NCBI GenBank assembly: GCA_036741375.1
Contig: DAINSJ010000001.1
Location: 7,536-51,376, forward strand
Length of the DNA: 43,841 bases
Direction: 5' to 3'
Origin: Candidatus Limnocylindrales bacterium
GTDB taxonomy: Bacteria; Chloroflexota; Limnocylindria; Limnocylindrales; CSP1-4
The number at the start of each line of letters is the position of its first letter. Position 1 is the first letter of the stretch. The notes beneath the pieces were generated by a model. The model searched no databases. It was not told the origin of the DNA and saw only the letters and a program-made list of their open reading frames with translations. Both the position numbers and the translations under genes were made by a program. Shown here piece after piece: positions 1 to 7,908 of the stretch.

Positions 1-571
1 TGAATCGCCGGACGACGATGTTTTCGCCGGTCATGACGATCCGTTCGTTGACGAGATCGCGAACGCTCCGCTCCTCGTCGCGGAACGGCTGCTCATAGAG
101 CACCACCTCGCGGTACCACTTGTTGAGCTGGCCCTCGACGATCCGATCGCGAATCTCGGCCGGCTTGGCGGCGGTCGCCGGATCGGCGGCGAGCTCGGCC
201 TTCTTGTGCTCGAGCTCCTCGTCGGGGATTCCGCCGACGTCCACGTATGCCGGCGCGAGACCGGCGACCTGGACGGCGAGATCACGGACGAGCTTCTGGA
301 ACTCCTCGGTCCGGGCGACGAAGTCCGTCTCGCAGCTCACCTCGATGAGGACGCCGACGCGTCCGCCCGTGTGGATGTAGCTCCCGATCAGGCCCTCGCG
401 GGCCTCCCGCGAGGACTTTCCGGCCGCGGCCGAGAGACCGCGCTCGCGGAGGAGCAGGACGGCCTTCTCGATGTCTCCGTCCGCGTCGTCGAGGGCACGC
501 TTGCAATCCATCATGCCTGCGCCGGTGCGCTCGCGGAGCGTTCGCACCAACTCGGCGGTTACCTTGGCCAT
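1..571 (-). CDS. tsf: Elongation factor Ts (EF-Ts), C-terminus cut by window edge
   Basis: Absent from the ORF track because there is no in-window stop. My translation from ATG at 571-569 reads MAKVTAELVRTLRERTGAGMMDCKRALDDADGDIEKAVLLLRERGLSAAAGKSSREAREGLIGSYIHTGGRVGVLIEVSCETDFVART..., which matches the EF-Ts N-domain and core signature. AGGAG lies about 12 nt upstream. It sits directly downstream of rpsB, the classic rpsB-tsf pair. Confidence 0.9.
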   Translation of the reverse strand, partial: MAKVTAELVRTLRERTGAGMMDCKRALDDADGDIEKAVLLLRERGLSAAAGKSSREAREGLIGSYIHTGGRVGVLIEVSCETDFVARTEEFQKLVRDLAVQVAGLAPAYVDVGGIPDEELEHKKAELAADPATAAKPAEIRDRIVEGQLNKWYREVVLYEQPFRDEERSVRDLVNERIVMTGENIVVRRF

Positions 572-645
572 GCTCGTTCCATGCTCCTGTTCGTGTTGCG
601 GCGGGCCGTTGCGACCCGCAGGTGGTGGCTGGTTGCCGCGCGAGG

Positions 646-1686
646 TCAGCCCGCCGCCTTGTCGTCCGGTGAGGCGCCCGTTGCGACCGGGGTCGGTTCC
701 GGCGCGGCGTTTGGCGCCGCTTCCGGGGTCGCGGGGACGGCCTCGGTCCCGACGCCATCGGTCGCTGCGGCTTCTGCGGCCTCGCGAGCGAGCTCCGCCG
801 CGATCTCCTCGGGAGTGGCCGCTTCCTCGACCGGCACGGCGGCGACGGGGACCCCGGGGAGGAGATCCTCGTCCTCGTCCGGTGCGAAGCTCAGGGCCGC
901 GCCCCCGGCGAGGGCCGCGACGAGCGCGTCGCTCGCCTGGGCATCGTCGTAGGCGGGCTCCTCGATCAGCTGCTCGGGCTCGGGCTCGACTGCCCGGTTC
1001 GCGCGCTCTTGCGCACCCTCGATCGCGGCATCCGCCACGAGCGAGCACAGGAGACGGATCGCCCGGATCGCGTCGTCGTTGGCCGGGATGATGTAGTCCA
1101 GCTCGTCCGGGTCGACGTTCGTGTCGCCGGTTCCGACGACCGGGATCTCGAGCTTGTTTGCCTCCGTCACGGCGATGCGCTCGCGGTGGGGATCGACGAT
1201 GAACACGGCGCCCGGCACCCGGCGCATCTTGCGAATGCCGCCGAGGGTCGCGAGGAGCTTCACGTACTCCTCGTTGAGCTTCGCGGCTTCCTTCTTCGGT
1301 AGCCGTTCGAACTCGCCGGCCTGCTGCCGGGCCTCGAGCTGCTCGAGGAGGCCGATTCGCTTCTTGATCGTCACGAAGTTCGTGAGCATCCCGCCGAGCC
1401 AGCGCTTGTTGACGTACGGCATCCCCGCCCGGGTCGCCTCCTGGGCGACGGGCTCCTGGGCCTGCTTCTTCGTCCCGATGAACAGGACGACATCGCCCCG
1501 CGCGACCGTCTCCCGGACGAAGTCGAGGGCGACCTCAAGCCGCTTGCTGGTCTGGGCAAGGTCGATGATGTGGATCCCGTTGCGCTCGGCGAAGATGAAC
1601 GGGCGCATCTTGGGATTCCAGCGGCGTGTCTGGTGCCCGAAGTGAACTCCGGCTTCCAGCAGCTGCCGCATCGAGATGGACGGCAC
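646..1686 (-). CDS. rpsB: 30S ribosomal protein S2 with long acidic Ala/Pro/Glu-rich C-terminal tail
   Basis: Track ORF 646..1953 contains [41 protein letters not shown], the S2 signature. I place the start at GTG 1686, with AGGAGG at 1697-1702 about 10 nt upstream; ATG 1671 is an alternative. The upstream 89 codons of the track ORF are Arg/Pro-rich GC artefact. Confidence 0.9.
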   Translation of the reverse strand: MPSISMRQLLEAGVHFGHQTRRWNPKMRPFIFAERNGIHIIDLAQTSKRLEVALDFVRETVARGDVVLFIGTKKQAQEPVAQEATRAGMPYVNKRWLGGMLTNFVTIKKRIGLLEQLEARQQAGEFERLPKKEAAKLNEEYVKLLATLGGIRKMRRVPGAVFIVDPHRERIAVTEANKLEIPVVGTGDTNVDPDELDYIIPANDDAIRAIRLLCSLVADAAIEGAQERANRAVEPEPEQLIEEPAYDDAQASDALVAALAGGAALSFAPDEDEDLLPGVPVAAVPVEEAATPEEIAAELAREAAEAAATDGVGTEAVPATPEAAPNAAPEPTPVATGASPDDKAAG

Positions 1687-1855
1687 GGTCGAGTGACCTC
1701 CTGTTTGGTTGTTACCGCCGCGGATCTCGTCGCCGGGAACCGCCCGCCCCCGTTCGGGGTCGAGCGGCACCGTCCCGGACGGAACGATCCGCGTGTGAGC
1801 TCCGCGCCGCGTGCGCGGGCGTGGCCTGAACCTCGCTCTCGCGAGGCCGGCCGGG

Positions 1856-1864
1856 AGTGTAGCA
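1856..1864 (-). promoter_or_regulatory. Putative extended -10 element TGcTACACT upstream of rpsB
   Basis: The minus strand reads GTGCTACACT-CCCGGC, about 170 nt upstream of the rpsB start. It belongs to the recurring TA(n)ACT-CCG motif set seen before several operon-first genes in this window. Confidence 0.45.
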
Positions 1865-2130
1865 CGGGCCTCTTTGCGGCCCCTCGAGGCGCACCGGTGC
1901 TGCTGACTGCGCCTCGGTCCCCAGATGTGCCGGGGGTGAACGAGTGCGACCAATTCATCGTGGATGAGCCCATTCCGGGCTTAATGCGCGTCGATGCTGT
2001 GCTCGCCGTGAACATTCCGACCGTCTTCGCGCCGAAACGGGCCCCATCGTGGTCGAAACTGCCCTTCGCGCGTCGCAGTCGTTCACTGGGAGCACATCCG
2101 GCCGCGCGTCTAGGAGCGGGCTCACCAGTC

Positions 2131-2160
2131 GTTGTGCTGGTGTGTCGTGGGGAACACAAC
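2131..2160. repeat. Hairpin motif copy 1: GTTGTG-N18-CACAAC
   Basis: GTTGTG at 2131-2136 is complementary to CACAAC at 2155-2160. The same stem sequence recurs at 2295-2316. The 3' half (2152-2162, GAACACAACCG) is also perfectly complementary to 2293-2303. Confidence 0.6.
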
Positions 2161-2294
2161 CGAGGCAGATTGAGCCGATCCGGATGCTCGACAATCGCCG
2201 ACTCGAGGTGATTCGCTGCTCGCGGTGGCCAAATAGGGCTGATTCGGGGCGCTCATGGACTCGATTCAGGCGGAACGGCGTCGAATGCGTTCCG

Positions 2295-2316
2295 GTTGTG
2301 TTCGTGTGAGCACAAC
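2295..2316. repeat. Hairpin motif copy 2: GTTGTG-N10-CACAAC
   Basis: GTTGTG at 2295-2300 and CACAAC at 2311-2316 flank a GTGTG-containing loop, as in copy 1. The 5' half (2293-2303, CGGTTGTGTTC) pairs perfectly with 2152-2162. Confidence 0.6.
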
Positions 2317-2423
2317 GTGGCCCGGCGGTGGCGGACCAGCAGACCATCACGAAGCGGCAGCGCGACCCGATACGGTGGCCGAACCTGAACGGGTCAGTTG
2401 AGGGCACCAGGCGGTCGCGCGGA

Positions 2424-2798
2424 TCAGCCAACGTGGCGGTAGTGGCGGAGCGCTTTCCCCGGCTCGACGACGACGATGTCCAGGCGGAGTGGCAGCGACG
2501 GCCACGGGGTTCCGTCGGGCAGTCGGCCGGCGACTCGAAGGTTGTAGGCCGCGATCCTCAAGCGGGCGAGCTTGCGATGGTCGATCGTCTCCTCCGGCAG
2601 GCCGAAGTCCCGGCTCCGACGAAATCGCACCTCGAGGACCACGAGATTGGCCGGCGGACCCGGGTCGATCGCCACGATGTCCAGCTCTGCCCGCCCGACG
2701 CGGACCTGGCGACCGAGAATCGCCCAGCCGGATGCGGCGAGCCGGGCGGCCACCAGCAATTCCGTCGAGTCGCCGCGGCGTTGCTGCGAGGTGCGCAC
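2424..2798 (-). CDS. yraN: YraN family (UPF0102) endonuclease-like protein
   Basis: 124 aa with GTG start. RRGDSTELLVAARLAASGWAILGRQVRVGRAELDIVAI...LVVLEVRFRR matches the YraN/UPF0102 pattern (G-x-E...A...L...GW-I...GE-D-I). It lies next to rnhB, as in many bacteria. Confidence 0.8.
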   Translation of the reverse strand: MRTSQQRRGDSTELLVAARLAASGWAILGRQVRVGRAELDIVAIDPGPPANLVVLEVRFRRSRDFGLPEETIDHRKLARLRIAAYNLRVAGRLPDGTPWPSLPLRLDIVVVEPGKALRHYRHVG

Positions 2799-2870
2799 CG
2801 CCCGATCTTTGGCCCTGGCGCTGCATGCCGGCTTATCACGGAATGCCGGCCCATCGCGGGCGTGAGCGGC

Positions 2871-3608
2871 TCAGGCGGGAGCGAGCGCCTCCAGCCCGAT
2901 GAGGGAGAGGTCGTCCGCGAGATCCGCGGCCTCGGCGAGGATCGCGGCGCCCTCCTCGAACAGGTCGAGCGGTAGCTGGTCCCCGGCGAGCGTTCGCTGG
3001 AGAGCGAGGAAGCTGCGCCGGTGGAACGGGGTGAGGCCGAGGGCCCGGATCGCGGTCCTGTGCTCAAGCGTGGCGTAGCCCTGGTTGCGCTCCCAGCCGT
3101 AGCCGGGGTAACGGACTGCGAGGCGGGCCATCATCCGATCACGAACGACCTTCGCAATGACCGATGCGCACGCGATCGTGTAGCACTTCGCGTCGCCATC
3201 GACGATCGCCGTGTACGGCCCGACCGAGGCCTCGAAGCCGGCGATCCGATTGCCGTCCACGAGGACGTGGTCGTGGTCGCCGAGGCGAGCCACGGCGCGC
3301 CGCATCGCCAGATGGGTGGCGTGGTAGATGTTCAGACGGTCGATCTCGGTGACGGACGCGGCGCCGACCCCCACGGCGATCGCACGCCTCCGGATGAGGG
3401 GCGCCAGGCGCTCCCGCTGGAGCATTGACAACGTCTTCGAATCGCGGACGCCCGGGATCCGGCGTGAATGGGGCCGCATGATCACGGCGGCGGCGACGAC
3501 CGCGCCGGAGGTGGGCGCCACGCCAACCTCGTCGACCCCGACCACCCGCTGAGCGCCGACGCGCCAGAAGGTACGTTCATAGCGAAGGGTCGGAACCTGG
3601 GACGCCAT
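2871..3608 (-). CDS. rnhB: Ribonuclease HII
   Basis: VGVDEVGVAPTSGAVVAAAV...DSKTLS...HLAMRRAV...VDGN...AKCYTIACASVIAKVVRD...YPGYGWERNQGY are RNase HII motifs. The track start is TTG 3617. I prefer ATG 3608 (MASQVPTL...), so the start is uncertain by 3 codons. Confidence 0.85.
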   Translation of the reverse strand: MASQVPTLRYERTFWRVGAQRVVGVDEVGVAPTSGAVVAAAVIMRPHSRRIPGVRDSKTLSMLQRERLAPLIRRRAIAVGVGAASVTEIDRLNIYHATHLAMRRAVARLGDHDHVLVDGNRIAGFEASVGPYTAIVDGDAKCYTIACASVIAKVVRDRMMARLAVRYPGYGWERNQGYATLEHRTAIRALGLTPFHRRSFLALQRTLAGDQLPLDLFEEGAAILAEAADLADDLSLIGLEALAPA

Positions 3609-3616
3609 CGGCGGCA

Positions 3617-3622
3617 AGGGTA
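3617..3622 (-). promoter_or_regulatory. Possible -10 hexamer TACCCT 8 nt upstream of rnhB ATG (leaderless candidate)
   Basis: The minus strand reads GCGCTACCCT-tgccgccg-ATG. This is the weakest member of the set: no TG extension and a poor hexamer. Confidence 0.25.
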
Positions 3623-3681
3623 GCGCGGCGGGAAGTGCAGGGTCGACGTGAGCTGCCGGAAGCGCGTGCCCCTCGGGAGCG

Positions 3682-4032
3682 TTAGGAGCGGGTGCGGCGC
3701 TCCCGCAGGGTCGCGGCCTTGCCGACTCGCTTGCGCAGGAAGTAGAGCTGCGCTCGGCGGACCTGGCCGTGGCGCACGACTTCGATCTTCTCGATGCGCG
3801 GGCTGTTCACCTTGAACGTCCGCTCGACACCGACGCCGCTGGCGATCTTCCGGACCGTGATCGAGCGACCGATGCCTCCGCCGCGGAGCCGCATGACCGT
3901 GCCTTCGAAGACCTGCACGCGCTCCTTGCCGCCCTCGACGACACGCGCCGCGACGCGAACGGTGTCACCGGTCGCGAGCTCGGGCAGGTCGGTGCGAATC
4001 TGGTCGGCGACGATCTCGTCGAGGACGTTCAC
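3682..4032 (-). CDS. rplS: 50S ribosomal protein L19
   Basis: 116 aa with GTG start. [73 protein letters not shown] is typical L19, and it follows trmD. Confidence 0.95.
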   Translation of the reverse strand: MNVLDEIVADQIRTDLPELATGDTVRVAARVVEGGKERVQVFEGTVMRLRGGGIGRSITVRKIASGVGVERTFKVNSPRIEKIEVVRHGQVRRAQLYFLRKRVGKAATLRERRTRS

Positions 4033-4114
4033 GGTGTCTTGTCCCTGGCTGATCGCAGCGCACGGCTGCGCGGATGATCGATGGGTCTGGGGTCGGCCCT
4101 TGAGCCGAGCGCGG

Positions 4115-4123
4115 AGTATAGCA
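4115..4123 (-). promoter_or_regulatory. Putative extended -10 element TGcTATACT upstream of rplS
   Basis: The minus strand reads GCCCGTGCTATACT-CCGCGC in the 120-bp trmD-rplS spacer, about 80 nt before the rplS GTG. The flanks are nearly identical to the rpsB element (GCCCGTGCTAyACTCC). Confidence 0.5.
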
Positions 4124-4152
4124 CGGGCGATTCCAGCGGCCGGTCGGGCGGA

Positions 4153-4911
4153 TCAGGACGTGCCGGCTTCGCGACCTTCGTCACCCTCGCCGGGATCGGT
4201 CAGCCGTCGGAGGATTGCCTCCTCCTCAGCGTCGGCGGGCCGGCCGGCGAGGAGATCCGGACGTTGCTCAAGGGTTCGCCGAAGCGAGGCCTCGAGCCGC
4301 CAGCGCCGGATGGCCTCGTGGTTCCCGCCGGCCAGGATCTCGGGGACGCCGTGGCCACGGAACTCGGGCGGCCGCGTGTACTGCGGATATTCGAGGAGGC
4401 CCCGGCCGAAGGATTCCTCGAGCGTCGACGCCGCGTCGATCGCGCCGGGGAGGAGCCGGATCACGGCATCGATCAAGACAAGGGCCGGGATCTCGCCGCC
4501 GGTGAGCACGTAATCGCCGATCGAAAGCTCGAGGTCGACGAGACCGCGGATCCGCTCGTCGACGCCCTCGTAGCGCGGGCAGATCAGGATGAGATGCGGG
4601 CGGATCGCGAGATCGGCCGCGAGGCGCTGCCGGAACGGCACCCCACCGGGATCCATGAGGATCACCGTGGAATCGGGCCGTCGCAGGGCGTCCAGCGCCG
4701 CCGCGACGGGTTCAGGCCGGAGGACCATGCCCGCTCCCCCGCCGTACGGCGCGTCGTCGACGCTGCGGTGCCGCCCGAGGCCCCACTCGCGGAGGTCCCG
4801 CAAGCGGATCGTCGCGAGCCCCTGCTCGCGGATGCGGCCCGGGATGCTCTCGGCAAGCGGTGCCTCGAGCATGGCCGGGAAGAGCGTCAGGACGTCGATC
4901 TCGAGGGTCAC
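4153..4911 (-). CDS. trmD: tRNA (guanine37-N1)-methyltransferase TrmD
   Basis: 252 aa. IDVLTLFPAML...GRHRSVDDAPYGGGAGMVLRPEPV...ICPRYEGVDERI...SIGDYVLTGGEIPALVLIDAV are TrmD motifs. The GTG start overlaps the rimM stop (GTGA at 4908-4911). Confidence 0.95.
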   Translation of the reverse strand: MTLEIDVLTLFPAMLEAPLAESIPGRIREQGLATIRLRDLREWGLGRHRSVDDAPYGGGAGMVLRPEPVAAALDALRRPDSTVILMDPGGVPFRQRLAADLAIRPHLILICPRYEGVDERIRGLVDLELSIGDYVLTGGEIPALVLIDAVIRLLPGAIDAASTLEESFGRGLLEYPQYTRPPEFRGHGVPEILAGGNHEAIRRWRLEASLRRTLEQRPDLLAGRPADAEEEAILRRLTDPGEGDEGREAGTS

Positions 4912-5573
4912 GACAGGGGCGCCTCGCCGTCGGCGGGGCTCGGCGAGTCCGCCGCTCCCCCGTCGGCGGGTCGCGTCACAGCTGATGCTGCCTTGCCGTG
5001 GCGCGAGAAGCGATGCCGCCGCCGGGGACCCCTTGGTTCCTGCTCGACCGCCGGAGCCGCAAGGTCCAGGACCGCCTCGTCGATGACGATCTCGCCGCGT
5101 TCGGGCGCGAAGTCCCGGATGACGGTCCGGACGGCCGGCAGGTCGAACTCGCCGGCAGGCCCGCCGCGAACGATGTAGACCTCGGCCTCGCCCGCCCGGT
5201 AGACGTCGGCGACGCTCCCGAGGACATTCCCATCGGTCCCCTTGACCTCGGACCCGATGACCTCGTGCCAGAAGGCCTGGCCCTCCGCCAGTTCCTTGTC
5301 GCGGTCGACGAGGACCTCGAGGTACTGGTCCCGCAGCGGCTCGGCGGCTGCCCGATTCTGGATCTCGCGAAAGCCGACGCGCCAGCCGGGTCCGTCGTCG
5401 ACGGGGGCCGCGGACGCAATCGTCAGGGGCGCCTCGCTGCCCTCGAGATGGAGGACGTGGCCCACGACGAACCGGTCATCCGGGCGGTCGGTCAGGATCT
5501 CGACGCGAACGAGGCCGCCGAGCCCGTGCAGGCCACGGACCCGGCCGACGACCAGGCGGGTTGGCTCGCTCAG
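4908..5573 (-). CDS. rimM: 16S rRNA processing protein RimM (start codon unresolved, probably non-canonical)
   Basis: The track ORF starts at GTG 5465, but the open in-frame upstream codons encode ...EPTRLVVGRVRGLHGLGGLVRVEILTDRPDDRFVVGHV, the conserved RimM N-terminal barrel. That stretch contains no ATG/GTG/TTG. Candidate starts are CTG 5573 (overlapping the KH-gene stop as CTGA) or CTG 5555. GC3 of these codons is about 90%, which is coding-like. Confidence 0.75.
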   Translation of the reverse strand: MSEPTRLVVGRVRGLHGLGGLVRVEILTDRPDDRFVVGHVLHLEGSEAPLTIASAAPVDDGPGWRVGFREIQNRAAAEPLRDQYLEVLVDRDKELAEGQAFWHEVIGSEVKGTDGNVLGSVADVYRAGEAEVYIVRGGPAGEFDLPAVRTVIRDFAPERGEIVIDEAVLDLAAPAVEQEPRGPRRRHRFSRHGKAASAVTRPADGGAADSPSPADGEAPLS

Positions 5574-5803
5574 AGGATCTCGAGCGAGATCGAGCCGCCA
5601 TCGCGGGCGGCGGTGACCTTGAGGAGGGTCCGGAGCGCCTTGGCGACGCTGCCGTTCCGACCGATCACCTTGCCCATGTCGTCCTCGGCGACGTGCAGCT
5701 CGATGACGGTCCCCTCCTCGTCTTCGACCTGGGTGACCGTGACGGCTTCGGGGTCGTCCACCAGCGAGCGGGCGACGTATTCGACGAGCTCCTTGGCTGC
5801 CAT
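5570..5803 (-). CDS. KH domain RNA-binding protein (YlqC/UPF0109 family)
   Basis: 77 aa. MAAKELVEYVARSLVDDPEAVTV...DDMGKVIGRNGSVAKALRTLLK carries the KH GxxG motif. AGGAGG lies upstream. It occupies the conserved position between rpsP and rimM. Confidence 0.9.
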   Translation of the reverse strand: MAAKELVEYVARSLVDDPEAVTVTQVEDEEGTVIELHVAEDDMGKVIGRNGSVAKALRTLLKVTAARDGGSISLEIL

Positions 5804-5813
5804 CTCGGGCCTC

Positions 5814-6068
5814 CTACTTGGCCGCGGGCAGGACGCCCGCGACGCGGAACAGGCGAGCCACGGTGTCGGACGGCTGGGCGCCCTTCTCGAGCCACGCTTT
5901 CGCGCGGTCCGCGTCGATCTTGAGCTCGATGGGATCGGTGCGCGGGTTGTAATGCCCGATCGTCTCGATCGAGCGGCTGTCGCGCGCGCTTCGCGAGTCG
6001 GCGACGACCACGCGATACGAGGGCTGTTTCTTGGCCCCGACGCGGGTGAGTCTGATTCGAACGGCCAT
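5814..6068 (-). CDS. rpsP: 30S ribosomal protein S16
   Basis: 84 aa. [42 protein letters not shown] is the canonical S16 N-terminus, with AAGGAG upstream. Confidence 0.95.
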   Translation of the reverse strand: MAVRIRLTRVGAKKQPSYRVVVADSRSARDSRSIETIGHYNPRTDPIELKIDADRAKAWLEKGAQPSDTVARLFRVAGVLPAAK

Positions 6069-6082
6069 CTGGTGCTGTCTCC

Positions 6083-7900
6083 TTACTTGACGGTGATCAC
6101 GAACCGGATGCGAACGCCGGCGGCGTCGGACGACGCCGTCTCGAGGAAGGCGTCGAACGGGGCGATGTAGGGCTTGACGTCGGTGTCGAACCGGGCCCGC
6201 GCGTCGGCCGGGATCGCCGTCTCCGCGAATGCCAGCAGCGGCGCCGCGGCGATGTAGAGCTGACCCGAGTTCGACGGGATCGCGAGCCCGAGCGCGGTCT
6301 TGTAGGTCGCCTGGTCGGCGAGGCTCGAGCCCGCGGCGGTCCCGAGGATCCGACGGGCGAACGATTCCCCGCCACCGATGATCACGGTCGGTCCGTGTGC
6401 CGCCACCGAGATCACGATGTGCGTTCCCGGCGGCACGGTGAGTCCACCCGCCGCCTGCCCGGCCTGCTGGAGCAGCGACGAGATGTCGCCGAGGTCGGCG
6501 ATGGTGACCTTCGTGCCGTTGATGTCGATGTCGCGGGTGGTGATCCCGCTGCCGAGCCCGGCGAGGGTCAGGAGGCTCCGGATCTGGTCGGCTTTCGCGG
6601 TTGCGGTGGCGTCATCGGGCGCCTGGATCAGGACCCCACCGGTCAGAGAGGAGCCGTCGGGCACGACGACGATGCCCGCATCGTCGATCCAGCCGATGAG
6701 CTGCTGCGGCCCGCCGAGGATGCCGAGGGTCGCGTCGAGCTGCCCCAGGGTCGTGCTCAGTGCTGGATTGGCGCGAAGCGTCGCAAGCAGGTTCTGGGCC
6801 AGGACACCGGTGCCGTGCATCTCGTAGAGCACCGCCGTATCCGACGGCACCAGCGGAGCGAGGCGGCTTGCATGGGCGCTCGGCATGGTCAGGAGCGGCG
6901 ACCCGCTCGGGCTGGGCGGCGTGCCCGGCGGTCCACTGACGATGTCGGCGACGATCGCTGAGTCCTCGGCGCTGAGGCCCGCCATGACCCAGTGGGGCAG
7001 CGCCGCCAGGGCGGCCGTCACGTCGGTGCCTGCGGTCGACAGGCCGGGGATAGAGCTTGCAAAGGCTCCGGCCTTCAAGGCGTCGACGCTGAAATACACC
7101 GTCGCGAGACGGTCCCCGCCGAGGGCGTCGCGGGCCTTCCTGTACTGGCCGTCGCCATCGATGCCCGAGTGGTTCAGGTGGGCGTCGATCGCGGCCTTGA
7201 TCGAGGCGCTGTCGCCGACGAGCGCATAGCGACCCTCGATGGCGCAGGCAACGGCGCCCGCGTCACCGCCGAGGAGGTCGATGCCCCGGTAGGTTTCCTT
7301 CGCGGTCGAGCCCTTGATGATCGGGTCGCACGTCACCTTGCCGTCGGTGGTGAACACGGCGACGCCGCTCGGGGCGGCGATGCCTGGGGTCGAGCTGCTC
7401 GTGCTCGATGGCACTGCGGCCCCCACGAAGAGCGGGCCGGCGAGCCAGGGCTTGACGTCGGTGGCGTAGCTCGCCGAGCCGCTACTGGCCTGGGTCGTGA
7501 TCCGCGCGAGCGCCTCATCGAGCTTGGTCGTGAGGGTCGACTGATCCTTGAAGCCCGGGAAGTGGGCCAGGAGGTTGCCGACCTTCTGAAGCTGGTCCCC
7601 CGGCAGGTCCACCCGGAGCTCGGCGACGACGGGCATGTTCGCGGGGATGTAGCGGAGGGCCTCGGGCGTCGAGCGGCTGCCGAGCAGGATGATCGCGATC
7701 GCCGTCACGCCAAGGACGAAGCCGGCTACGCCGAATGCGAGCAGCCAACGACGCCCGGATGCGCCCGCCGACGGCGCGATGGCCGCCGGAGCGACTGGCG
7801 CGGCCGGCGGCGTCGCGGCCGCTTCTCCGGTCGGGGCCGGTTCAGGCGCCGGCGGCGTCGCCGGTACCACGGTCGTCTCGTCGTTGATCGGGTCGGTCAC
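6083..7900 (-). CDS. Membrane-anchored hypothetical protein, DUF3352-like
   Basis: This is the 3' part of artefactually fused track ORF 6083..9388. I start it at GTG 7900, with AGGGGA 6 nt upstream and 8 nt after the ffh stop. It is 605 aa: a Pro/Ala-rich N-terminus, one TM helix ([23 protein letters not shown]), then [17 protein letters not shown]...[14 protein letters not shown], which resembles the DUF3352 pattern from memory. The family call is not verified. Confidence 0.6.
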   Translation of the reverse strand: MTDPINDETTVVPATPPAPEPAPTGEAAATPPAAPVAPAAIAPSAGASGRRWLLAFGVAGFVLGVTAIAIILLGSRSTPEALRYIPANMPVVAELRVDLPGDQLQKVGNLLAHFPGFKDQSTLTTKLDEALARITTQASSGSASYATDVKPWLAGPLFVGAAVPSSTSSSTPGIAAPSGVAVFTTDGKVTCDPIIKGSTAKETYRGIDLLGGDAGAVACAIEGRYALVGDSASIKAAIDAHLNHSGIDGDGQYRKARDALGGDRLATVYFSVDALKAGAFASSIPGLSTAGTDVTAALAALPHWVMAGLSAEDSAIVADIVSGPPGTPPSPSGSPLLTMPSAHASRLAPLVPSDTAVLYEMHGTGVLAQNLLATLRANPALSTTLGQLDATLGILGGPQQLIGWIDDAGIVVVPDGSSLTGGVLIQAPDDATATAKADQIRSLLTLAGLGSGITTRDIDINGTKVTIADLGDISSLLQQAGQAAGGLTVPPGTHIVISVAAHGPTVIIGGGESFARRILGTAAGSSLADQATYKTALGLAIPSNSGQLYIAAAPLLAFAETAIPADARARFDTDVKPYIAPFDAFLETASSDAAGVRIRFVITVK

Positions 7901-7908
7901 GTCGTCCC

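Noticed and set aside
2236-2320. tmRNA-like 5' end (GGGCTGATTCGGGG resembles GGGGCUGAUUC...)
   Set aside because: No T-arm or ...CUCCACCA 3' end is present, and there is no tag-peptide reading frame. A 350-nt tmRNA starting here would run into the yraN coding sequence. The resemblance is limited to about 11 nt.
1955-2431. 158-aa minus-strand ORF, plus 2049..2309 (+) and 1570..2211 (+), in the yraN-rpsB spacer
   Set aside because: Composition is not protein-like (Arg/Ser/Cys/His-rich), there are no motifs, GC3 skew is absent, and the ORFs overlap one another. The region is treated as non-coding.
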